From Kofleriaceae bacterium (GTDB lineage: Bacteria; Myxococcota_A; Polyangia; Haliangiales; Haliangiaceae): DNA of 28,993 bases. The translations under genes were made by a program, and so were the position numbers. Positions 9,508-17,700 of the stretch are shown piece by piece. How positions within the stretch are numbered: position 1 is the first letter of the stretch; each line of letters starts with the position of its first letter. The DNA is taken from positions 1-28,993 of the forward strand of contig JBKJLC010000018.1 of NCBI GenBank assembly GCA_046597055.1, read 5' to 3'. The notes under the pieces were generated by a model that was not told the origin of the DNA, did not search any database, and worked only from the letters and a program-made list of their open reading frames with translations.

Positions 9508-12500
9508 ATGCCCGAGCACACGATCCCCGAGTCCCTCGTCGAAGCGATCAAGTCTGGTCGTGCGGCCCTCGTGGTCGGCGCGGGAATCGGTGTCCCTTCC
9601 TGGAAGCAGCTTCTCGAGCGCATGACGAAGGAGCTGGAGGCGCGCGGTCGCGATGGCGACGACGCGGCCGCCAAGGATCTCGCCAAGCTCCTTCATAAAG
9701 GCAGCCTGGTCCGGGCGGTGGGCTTCCTCGCCCGCGCGCTGGGCGAGGAGGCCTGCGACAAGCTGGTCGAGGAGACCTGGCGCACGCCGCCGGAGCTGCC
9801 CGCGATCGCGAAGACGCTGGCCGAATTGCCGTTCCGCCACGTGTGGACCACGTTCCCCGGCGACGTCCTCGAGCGGGCGATGTCCGAGCACCGGCCCGAA
9901 GGCTGGCCCGAGTCCAAGGTCGTCACCTACCGCGAGCTCGGGGGGCTGTCGGCCCGGCGCCGGACCCTGGTCAAGATGCTCGGCAACTTCGACACGTACA
10001 TCGTCACGCCCAGCTCGGTCCGGCGTGCGCTGGCCCGCGCGGTCGACCTGCGCGACTACGCGCGCGAGCTGTACGTCGAGGGCACCCTGGTGTTCGTCGG
10101 CTTCCGCTTCGGCGATCCCGACCTGTCGGCGCTGCTCGATCGCGTGTTCGGCATGTTCGAGCCGCCGCGCAGCTCGCACTACTTCCTGAGCGCCGGGGTC
10201 GGTCCGGTCACGATCGACGAGCTGATGGCCGAGCACCACATCGAGGTGGTCAACCTGGCCGGCAAGGGCGGCGACGACCTCGCCGACAAGAGCGTGGTCG
10301 ACTGGCTCGACGCGCTGAGCCTCGCCTGCAAGCAGGCCTCGGTCACGCTGATCCAGACCCGGCCCGACGCCGACGATCTCGACGGCTGGTTGGCGCGCCT
10401 GCTCGATCACGATCTCGAGGCGCGCGACGCGGTCGACGCGATCGAGCTGGCCGCCCGCGACGCCAACGATGGCGAGCGGGTGGTCGAGGTGCTGCTCGGG
10501 CGGCTCGACCTTGAGTCGAACGGCAGCGACAAGGCCAGTCTCCTGCGCGAGGCGGCCAAGGTCTACGAGGAGATGGTCGGCGACCTGCGCCGCGCGTTCG
10601 AGGCGATCACCGCCGCGATGCACCTCGACCCGGCCGCGGACGCCGTGGTGACCGATGCCGAGCGGCTGGCCGCCGCCACCGGCGCCTGGGCCGACCTGGT
10701 CGGTGAGGCCACCGAGATCACGACCGAGGTCACCGAGCCGTCGCTGGCCTCGCGCTGGTGGGGCCGGCTCGGCGGCTGGTACGCGGTGCGCCTCGACCGC
10801 TACGACTACGCGTTGCCGTCGTTCCGGCGCGCGCTCGAGCTCGACGGCAAGAACCTCGACGCCCACCGCGGCCTGGCCGACCTGCTGCGCCGCCAGCAGA
10901 AGTGGTCGGAGCTGGCCGATACCCTGCGCGCCCAGGTCGAGATCGAGACCGACGCGACCCACAAGGTCGACCTGTTCCTGCAGCTCGGGGATCTGTGCGA
11001 GACCCAGCTGGCGCAGACCGCGCGCGCCGCCTCGGCCTACGAGGCCGCGGCCGACGTCGGCGACGGCAACGACGACGCCCTGGCCGCGCTCGAGCGGCTG
11101 TACCGCCGCGACGAGCGCTGGGCCAACCTGGCCAAGGTGCTCGAGCGCCGCGCCGAGGTGCTCGACACCGCCGGCGAGGTCGGGCGCGCCACCGCGGTCC
11201 GCAGCGAGCTGGCCCGGCTCCGCCACGAGAAGCTCGGCGACCTCGAGGGCGCGATCGCCCGCTACGAGGCGGCGATCGAGAAGGACGGCGCCGATCGCGA
11301 GGCGCTCAAGGCCCTGGTCGATCTCTACGACAAGACCGGGCGCTCGGACGACTACCTGCGCACCCTCGAGCGGCTGGCCAAGGTCGCGCCCGAGGCCGAG
11401 AAGCTGTCGACCCTGCGCAAGGTGGCGGCCGAGCTCGAGGATCACCCCGCGCTGGTCGAGCGCACGATCGCGGCCTACCAGAGCATCATCGAGGTCGATC
11501 CCGGCGCCGACGATGCCTACCGCGGCCTCGGCCGCGCGCTGCGCGCCAAGAGCGCCTGGTACGACCTGGTCGCGCTGCTCGATCGCCACGTGGGGGCGGC
11601 CAAGAACCCGGTCCAGCGGGTGGAGCTGTACCTCGAGGCGGCCGCGGTCCACGAGAAGGAGCTCGACGATCCTCACCGCGCGATCGAGGGCCACCTCAAC
11701 GCGCTGGCGATCGATGACACCGCCCGTCCGGCGCTGGCGGCGCTGGCCCGGCTGTATCGCCGCACCGAGGCCTGGGACAAGGCGGTGTCGACCCTGGTCC
11801 GGCACGCCGAGCTCGAGGGCAACCGCGGCGCGCACCTGTGGGCCGAGGCCGGTGAGCTGGCGCTGACCGAGGACGGCGACGCCGAGAGCGCCGAGCGCTA
11901 CCTCGACAAGGCGCTGGCGCTCGACCCCGAGCACCTGAAGGCGTTGACCACCCTGGCCGCGCTGCACGAGAAGAAGTCGGCGTGGTCGAGCGCGGTCGAC
12001 GACCTGCTCCGCGCCGAGGCGATCGCGCCCAACCGCGGCGAGCGCATCGAGCTGCTCGGCCGGGCCGCCGACATCGTCGAGATCCGGCTCGAGGACACCC
12101 CGCGCGCGATCGGCCTGCTCGAGCGCGTGCTCAAGCTCGACCCCGATCACGTGGTCGCCGGCGAGAAGGTGGCCGACCGCCTGGTCGCCGCCGAGCGCTG
12201 GGACGACGCGGTCCCGGTGCTCGAGATCCTGGCCCGCCGCGCCGAGAACGATCGGCTCGAGCGGGCCCGGCGCGAGGCCCAGCTCGGCCACGCCTACGAG
12301 GCGCTGCACCGCACCGAGAAGGCCGCCCGCCACTACCGGCTCGCGGTCGACGCCGATCCCGACAACCTGGAGGCGGCGCTCGGCCTGGCCGGCACGCTGC
12401 TCACCGCGGCCCAGGCCGCCGAGGGCGCCAACCCGGGCGGCGCCGGTGGCGAGGAGTCGTGGAAGGAGATCGACAAGCGCTACCGCGAGGTGCTGGCCCG

Positions 12501-14400
12501 CCACCGCACCGGCCTGGCCGACGGTCAGGTCGCCGACATCTGGTACCGGCTGGGCATCACCGCCCGCGCGCTCGGCGACGACAAGAAGGCCGAGAACGCG
12601 CTGCGGCGCGCGCTCGAGCGCGAGCCGGCGCACGGCGAGTCGCTGCAGGCGATGGTCGAGCTCGGCGGCGCGCGCGGCGACTGGAAGACCGTGGTCGAGG
12701 CCAAGCGGGCCCAGGTCGACGGCGCGCCCGAGAATCTGCAGGTCAAGCTGCTCGACGAGATCGGCGACATCCAGCGCGGCAAGCTCAAGGACCCGGGCAA
12801 CGCGGTCGGCGCCTACCTCGAGGCGCTGTCGCTGGCGCCCGGCAGCCACCAGCTGCTGCACAAGCTGCTCGAGTGCTACACCGAGCAGAAGCAGTGGCGA
12901 CGCGCGGTCGACACGCTCGAGGAGCTGGCGGTCCAGGAGACCTCGGCCGGCCGGCGCGCGAAGTACCACTACGCCGCGGCCGTGATCGCGCGCGACGAGC
13001 TGGCCGACACCGCGCTGGCGGTCGAGCGGTTCGCCAGCGCGCTCGAGGATGCCCCGGCCACGCCCAAGGCCTACGAGGCGATCGAGAAGCTGCTGACCGA
13101 CACCCGCGACTGGAAGGGCCTGGCCCGCGCGGTGCGCAAGCACCTCAAGCGGCTGGGCGACGACGCCCCCAACGAGCAGGTGCTCGAGCTGTGGACCCGG
13201 CTCGGCGATCTCTACGTCGATCACCTCGGCAGCCCCGAGCTGGCGATCGAGGCGTTCGAGATCGCGGCCCAGCTCGATCCCGACAACCAGCAGCGCCACG
13301 AGCAGCTCGCCGACCTCTACCTCGAGGCCGGCGAGGCGCGCCGCGGCGACGCGATCCGCGAGCTGCAGCAGCTGCTGGCGTTCGCGCCGGAGCGGGTCGA
13401 GATCTACAAGACCCTGTCGCGGCTGTACGGCGAGGACGGCGAGCTCGACAAGGCGTGGTGCCTGGCCCAGGCCCTGGTCTTCCTCGGCGCCGCCTCCGAC
13501 GACGAGAAGGCGATGTACCTCAAGCTGCGGCCGGCCCAGTTCATCCCGGCGACCCGCCGGCTGACCGAGGAGCTTTGGCAGAAGGCCGTGATCCACCCCC
13601 GCGAGGACCGGCACGTCGGCGCGATCTTCGCGACCACGCTCGGCGCGATCGCGGCGACCACCGCGGAGGCGCCGCAGGCGTTCGGCCTCGACGCGGCCGG
13701 GCGCACCGACCTCGACAAGGACTCGCGGCTCATCACCCGGGTCGTCAAGTACGCGTCCGGCGTGCTCGCGCTGGATCCGGCGCCGATGCTCTGGCTCGAC
13801 CAGGGCGACGGCCTGCGGGTGGCGAACACCACCGACCGCGGCAAGCTGGCGCCGTCGCTGCTGGTCGGCGAGGCCCACCAGGGCAAGCAGGACGAGCGCG
13901 AGCTGGCGTTCGAGGTCGGCAAGCGGCTGGCCTACCTGCGGCCCGAGCGGTTCGTGACCTTCGCGCTGCAGACGCTGCCGAAGATCGAGACCGCGTTCAC
14001 CGCCGCGCTGATGGCGTCGGGCGCGTCGCTCGAGGGCGTGGCCACCGCGATCACGGGCAGCGACGAGGCCCGCAAGCTCTCGGCGAGCATGAAGCAGACC
14101 CTGCCCGGCGCCCACCTCGAGCAGGTCGCGGCGCTGGCCGGCAAGCTCGGGCCGCGGCTGGGCAACGGCCTGGTCACCAGCTGGCGGAGCGCGACCGACC
14201 TCACCGCCAACCGGGTCGGGTTGATCCTCGCCAACGACCTGCAGTCGGCGGCCAAGGCGATCGCGACCGAGACCTCGAGCACCTCGGGGCTGCCGGTCAA
14301 GGAGCGCCTGCGCGACCTGCTCGCGTACGCGGTGTCGGAGCCGTACTTCCAGGTCCGGCGCCACCTCGGGCTGACCGTGCGGGCCGAGGCGTCGGCGTGA
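9508..14400 (+). CDS. Giant protein (about 1630 aa): degenerate SIR2-like N-terminal domain, long TPR solenoid and AgmK/GltI-like C-terminal domain
   Basis: N-terminal LVVGAG..P.W, WTTF, LVKMLG, LVFVGF..DPD and HYFL (SIR2_2 layout). Many TPR motifs (e.g. ALAALERLYRRDERWANLAKVL). C-terminal DKAWC..L.FL..HPRED..ELAF.VG..LAYLRPE..TANRVGL..VSEPYFQVRRHLGL. Start placed at ATG 9508 (alternative 9490). Confidence 0.85.
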   Translation: MPEHTIPESLVEAIKSGRAALVVGAGIGVPSWKQLLERMTKELEARGRDGDDAAAKDLAKLLHKGSLVRAVGFLARALGEEACDKLVEETWRTPPELPAIAKTLAELPFRHVWTTFPGDVLERAMSEHRPEGWPESKVVTYRELGGLSARRRTLVKMLGNFDTYIVTPSSVRRALARAVDLRDYARELYVEGTLVFVGFRFGDPDLSALLDRVFGMFEPPRSSHYFLSAGVGPVTIDELMAEHHIEVVNLAGKGGDDLADKSVVDWLDALSLACKQASVTLIQTRPDADDLDGWLARLLDHDLEARDAVDAIELAARDANDGERVVEVLLGRLDLESNGSDKASLLREAAKVYEEMVGDLRRAFEAITAAMHLDPAADAVVTDAERLAAATGAWADLVGEATEITTEVTEPSLASRWWGRLGGWYAVRLDRYDYALPSFRRALELDGKNLDAHRGLADLLRRQQKWSELADTLRAQVEIETDATHKVDLFLQLGDLCETQLAQTARAASAYEAAADVGDGNDDALAALERLYRRDERWANLAKVLERRAEVLDTAGEVGRATAVRSELARLRHEKLGDLEGAIARYEAAIEKDGADREALKALVDLYDKTGRSDDYLRTLERLAKVAPEAEKLSTLRKVAAELEDHPALVERTIAAYQSIIEVDPGADDAYRGLGRALRAKSAWYDLVALLDRHVGAAKNPVQRVELYLEAAAVHEKELDDPHRAIEGHLNALAIDDTARPALAALARLYRRTEAWDKAVSTLVRHAELEGNRGAHLWAEAGELALTEDGDAESAERYLDKALALDPEHLKALTTLAALHEKKSAWSSAVDDLLRAEAIAPNRGERIELLGRAADIVEIRLEDTPRAIGLLERVLKLDPDHVVAGEKVADRLVAAERWDDAVPVLEILARRAENDRLERARREAQLGHAYEALHRTEKAARHYRLAVDADPDNLEAALGLAGTLLTAAQAAEGANPGGAGGEESWKEIDKRYREVLARHRTGLADGQVADIWYRLGITARALGDDKKAENALRRALEREPAHGESLQAMVELGGARGDWKTVVEAKRAQVDGAPENLQVKLLDEIGDIQRGKLKDPGNAVGAYLEALSLAPGSHQLLHKLLECYTEQKQWRRAVDTLEELAVQETSAGRRAKYHYAAAVIARDELADTALAVERFASALEDAPATPKAYEAIEKLLTDTRDWKGLARAVRKHLKRLGDDAPNEQVLELWTRLGDLYVDHLGSPELAIEAFEIAAQLDPDNQQRHEQLADLYLEAGEARRGDAIRELQQLLAFAPERVEIYKTLSRLYGEDGELDKAWCLAQALVFLGAASDDEKAMYLKLRPAQFIPATRRLTEELWQKAVIHPREDRHVGAIFATTLGAIAATTAEAPQAFGLDAAGRTDLDKDSRLITRVVKYASGVLALDPAPMLWLDQGDGLRVANTTDRGKLAPSLLVGEAHQGKQDERELAFEVGKRLAYLRPERFVTFALQTLPKIETAFTAALMASGASLEGVATAITGSDEARKLSASMKQTLPGAHLEQVAALAGKLGPRLGNGLVTSWRSATDLTANRVGLILANDLQSAAKAIATETSSTSGLPVKERLRDLLAYAVSEPYFQVRRHLGLTVRAEASA

Positions 14401-15281
14401 GGCGCCCGGTCGGCGCGACCGTGATGCTCGCGATCGGCGCGATCGCGACCTCGTGGTCGTGTGGTGGCGACGGTCCGGTGTGTGGCGACGGCGACGTCGG
14501 TGGCACCGAGCAGTGCGACGACGGCAACGACGACGAACTCGACGAGTGTCGGGCCTGCGTGTCGTTCACGCCGCCGCGGACCATCGTCAAGTGGGCGTTC
14601 AACGCCGAGGCGGTGCCCGGCTTCACGACCGACGGCTGCGTCGACGTCAACGCGACCCAGGTGCGGGTCGAGCTGGCCGGGCCGATGGTCGCCAGCAAGG
14701 AGGGCCCCTGCTCGTCGCGCCAGGTCACGTTCGACGGCCTGCCGGCGGGGACCTATACCGCCCAGGTCACGCCGCTCGACAGCGCCGGCGCGTCGCTGGT
14801 GACCGCTGCCGCCACCGGCACCTTCGCGACCACGGCGATGTCCAACACGACCGAGGAGCACACCGTGGTGGTGCCGCCGGCGGCGTGGGCGCGCCCGATG
14901 ACTGGCACGTACTTCTTCATGCTGCGGTGGGGCGGCATGCCGTGCACGGCCGCGGTGGCCACGCAGACGGTGACGATGCGGGTGCTCGGGGTGGTCTCGA
15001 CGCGCAGCACGACCAGCACGCCGATGTACCGGCTCGACGGCAGCCAGCCCGTGCCGTGCGTGATGTCGGTCCCGGGCGACACCGAGCACGCGACGCTGAT
15101 GCGGTTCGGGCCCGCGCAGGTCGAGGTGGTCGGCAAGGATAGCGGCGGTGCCGAGATGTTCCGCGGCACCTTCGACACCTTCGTCGGGGCCGGCATGTCG
15201 AACCCGGTGCTCACGCTCGACGTGCCGTCGACGATCGACGCCGGCGTCGATGCCCCGCCCGACGCGACCATCGGCCTCTGA
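14397..15281 (+). CDS. Lipoprotein with a Myxococcus cysteine-rich repeat (DUF4215-like) and beta-rich domains
   Basis: GTG overlaps the upstream TGA. Signal peptide ends in SWSC, followed by CGDGDVGGTEQCDDGN..C and a C-terminal IDAGVDAPPDA. The real CDS is only the 3' part of track ORF 11982..15281. Confidence 0.8.
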   Translation: MRRPVGATVMLAIGAIATSWSCGGDGPVCGDGDVGGTEQCDDGNDDELDECRACVSFTPPRTIVKWAFNAEAVPGFTTDGCVDVNATQVRVELAGPMVASKEGPCSSRQVTFDGLPAGTYTAQVTPLDSAGASLVTAAATGTFATTAMSNTTEEHTVVVPPAAWARPMTGTYFFMLRWGGMPCTAAVATQTVTMRVLGVVSTRSTTSTPMYRLDGSQPVPCVMSVPGDTEHATLMRFGPAQVEVVGKDSGGAEMFRGTFDTFVGAGMSNPVLTLDVPSTIDAGVDAPPDATIGL

Positions 15282-15290
15282 GCCGGCGAC

Positions 15291-15322
15291 TCCCGTGCGG
15301 GGGCGGACCCGCGGGGATTTTT
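15291..15322 (+). terminator. Probable intrinsic terminator
   Basis: tccc-g-t-gcggg[ggcgga]cccgc-g-ggga hairpin followed by TTTTT, 10 nt after the stop at 15281. Confidence 0.55.
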
Positions 15323-15370
15323 GTGGGTGCCGGCGGTACATCCGCGGGCGGATTCGGTATCTTGGACCTC

Positions 15371-17203
15371 TTGAGGGCACCGTTCCCGCTCTGTAGGGTC
15401 GCTGTGGTCGTGTGGACGGCCGCGGTCGCCACGCTCCTGACCGGGTGTGGGCGTCCGGCGAAGTCGCGCGACGGCACCACGGTCACCGCCTCGGGCGCGG
15501 TCCCGTTCCCGGTCGACTTCGTGCCGTCACCCGCGCTGCCGCCGCCGGCCGGTGCCGACGCCAAGGCGTTCGGGGCCAGCTACCTCGAGATGGTCTATCC
15601 GCGCATCCGCGACGGCTGGCACCAGTTCCTCGAGGACTGCCGGCTGCGGCTGCCGCCGGCGCACCCGCTCAACAGTCCGACCCTGGCCGCGACCGTCGGG
15701 ATCACGGTCGACCGCCAGGGCCAGATCGTCGACGTCGCGATGCTGACCGGCAGTGGCGACCGCGAGTTCGACGACGCCGCGATGGGCGTGGCGACCGACG
15801 CCGGCCCGTTCCCGGCCCCGGCGCGTCCGCTGTTGTCCGACGACGATCAGGTCTACCTGACCTGGCTGTTCGCGCGCGATCAGCGGCAGGCCGGCCCGGC
15901 CACCGCCAGCCTGCGGCGGGTCGAGTGGTCCCTCGATCAGGCGGTGCCCAAGTTCATTGCGACCGGCGATCTCGACGAGGCGGCCCGGCGGCTGGCGGCG
16001 GCGTCGCCCACGGTCGAGGGCGCCGCGCGTGACTCGCTGCTCGGCCTGGCCGAGCGCGTGGCGACCGCGACCGTGCGCGAGGGCCTGGCCAGCCCCGAGC
16101 AGCCGGTCCAGCGGCTCGCCATCGAGATTGCCGCCGCGGCGCGGCTCACCCCGGCCGCGCGCGAGCTGCGTTCGATCGCCGATGGCTCGCTCGCGATCGG
16201 CCTGCGCGCGGCGGCGATCGACGCGCTCGCCGTGATCGGCGATCGCGAGGCGATTGGCCTGATCCGCGGCATCCTCGCGCGCGATCAGGGCGCCAACGCC
16301 GAGCTCACCGGCGCCGCGGCGCGCGCGCTGGGCCGGCTGGGCGCGACCGCCGAGCTGAACACGCTGGTCGCCGGCTGGCTCGCCGAGGGCCGGGCGGGCA
16401 CGACCGCGGCCCATCGAGCGAAGAGCTGGGCAGCGCTGGTCGCCGCGGCCCACGCCCCGGCGACCGCCGCGGTCCCGGACGCCAACCGGTTGGTCGGCAC
16501 CGGTGATCCGGCCCTGCGCGGCGCGGCGTGCCGGGCGCTCGGTCACGCGACCGCCGCCGATGCCAGCGCCTGGAAAGGCCTGCGGGCCGGGCTCGCGGAC
16601 GCCGACGCGTCGGTGCGGGCGGCGTGCGCCGGTGCGATCGCCGATGCCGCCACTGCTGGCCAGCGCAACCGCGCCAGCTTCTGGGCGATCGGCCCGCTGG
16701 TGCGCGACCGCGACGAGCGGGTGCGCGCCGCCGTGGTGCGGGCGATGGCGCGGCTCGAGCCGGCGCGCGCGAAGACCGAGCTGGCCGCGGTCGGGCGCGA
16801 CAAGAGCCCGGCCGTGCTCGCCAGCCTGGCCGAGGCCTGGGTCGTGATCGGGCTGCCCGACAAGACGGTCGCGCTGCTCGGCCACGAGGCTCCCGCGGTG
16901 CGGCTGGCGGCCGCCACCGCGCTCGCGGCCGGCGATGCCGCCGCTCAGCAGAAGCTCGCGACCCGGGCCAACCTCGACCCGGTGCTGCGGGTCCGCGCGA
17001 TCAGCGTCACCACCGACCGCGGCGCGCTCGAGGCGGGCTCGACCGACCCCGACGCCGACGTGCGGGCCGCGGCCGCGACCCGGCTGATCGTGGTGCGCGG
17101 CCGCTCCGAGACGCTCGGCGCCGTGATGACCGCGATCGCCGCGGCGCCCCCGGCCAGCGCCGAGCGGGTGCGCCTGGCCGGCGCCTGGCTGGCCGCGCGC
17201 TGA
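15371..17203 (+). CDS. Lipoprotein with TonB C-terminal domain and HEAT repeats
   Basis: Lipobox LTGC. TonB-C motif ITVDRQGQIVDV.MLTGSGDREFDDAAM....AGPFPAP. HEAT repeats (D.DASVRAA, DRDERVRAA, DPDADVRAAA). Start uncertain (TTG 15371; alternatives GTG 15404 and 15410). Confidence 0.8.
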   Translation: MRAPFPLCRVAVVVWTAAVATLLTGCGRPAKSRDGTTVTASGAVPFPVDFVPSPALPPPAGADAKAFGASYLEMVYPRIRDGWHQFLEDCRLRLPPAHPLNSPTLAATVGITVDRQGQIVDVAMLTGSGDREFDDAAMGVATDAGPFPAPARPLLSDDDQVYLTWLFARDQRQAGPATASLRRVEWSLDQAVPKFIATGDLDEAARRLAAASPTVEGAARDSLLGLAERVATATVREGLASPEQPVQRLAIEIAAAARLTPAARELRSIADGSLAIGLRAAAIDALAVIGDREAIGLIRGILARDQGANAELTGAAARALGRLGATAELNTLVAGWLAEGRAGTTAAHRAKSWAALVAAAHAPATAAVPDANRLVGTGDPALRGAACRALGHATAADASAWKGLRAGLADADASVRAACAGAIADAATAGQRNRASFWAIGPLVRDRDERVRAAVVRAMARLEPARAKTELAAVGRDKSPAVLASLAEAWVVIGLPDKTVALLGHEAPAVRLAAATALAAGDAAAQQKLATRANLDPVLRVRAISVTTDRGALEAGSTDPDADVRAAAATRLIVVRGRSETLGAVMTAIAAAPPASAERVRLAGAWLAAR

Positions 17204-17313
17204 GCCGGCGTCTCGCCCGAGGCGCGTGCCGGGTGTGACCGGCGCCGCTTCCCCGATGGCCGACGCAACCCCGCGTCGCCGGGCCCGGTCCAACTTCCGC
17301 CCCCGGATCCATC

Positions 17314-17649
17314 ATGCTATCCATCCTGCTGATGCGCCGACTCGCTGCTCTCCTTGGCCTCACGACCGTCCTCGCGCTGGCCGCGGTGGCCACCACCGGC
17401 CTGTCCGGGTGCAAGCAGCGCGAGGGCGACTACTGCCAGGTCACCGACGACTGCAGCGACGGCCTGCGCTGCGTCGCCGCGACCAACACGTGTCAGCGGG
17501 ACGTGGTGGACGGGGTCGACGCCGCGGTCGTCCTCCCAGTCGACGCGCGGGACGCCGCGCCGGACGGCCCGCTCGACGCCGCGCCGGACGCCGCGCTCGA
17601 CGCGGCCATCGACGCGGTCGCCGAGATCGACGCCGCCGTTCCGCGCTGA
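17314..17649 (+). CDS. Small Cys-rich lipoprotein with DA-repeat tail
   Basis: Lipobox LSGC, then CKQREGDYCQVTDDCSDGLRC..NTC and DAAPDGPLDAAPDAALDAAIDA. The start may be ATG 17332. Confidence 0.75.
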   Translation: MLSILLMRRLAALLGLTTVLALAAVATTGLSGCKQREGDYCQVTDDCSDGLRCVAATNTCQRDVVDGVDAAVVLPVDARDAAPDGPLDAAPDAALDAAIDAVAEIDAAVPR

Positions 17650-17700
17650 CCGGCGCAGCCCGGCGCCCCGACGGTCACGCTCGGCGCGGCCCGCCGGCGC

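Noticed and set aside
9454..14364. 1636-aa antisense ORF opposite the SIR2-TPR gene
   Set aside because: It is a codon-register shadow ORF expected in very high-GC3 genes, with no recognisable motifs.
11982..14396. 5' part of the 1099-aa ORF 11982..15281
   Set aside because: It is an Arg/Gly/Pro-rich off-frame translation overlapping the real gene. Only 14397-15281 reads as protein.
9508..14400. Calling this gene an active DSR/Thoeris-type anti-phage NADase system
   Set aside because: The catalytic Asn and His are absent, there is no TIR, Argonaute, HerA or STAND partner, and the context is not a defence island.
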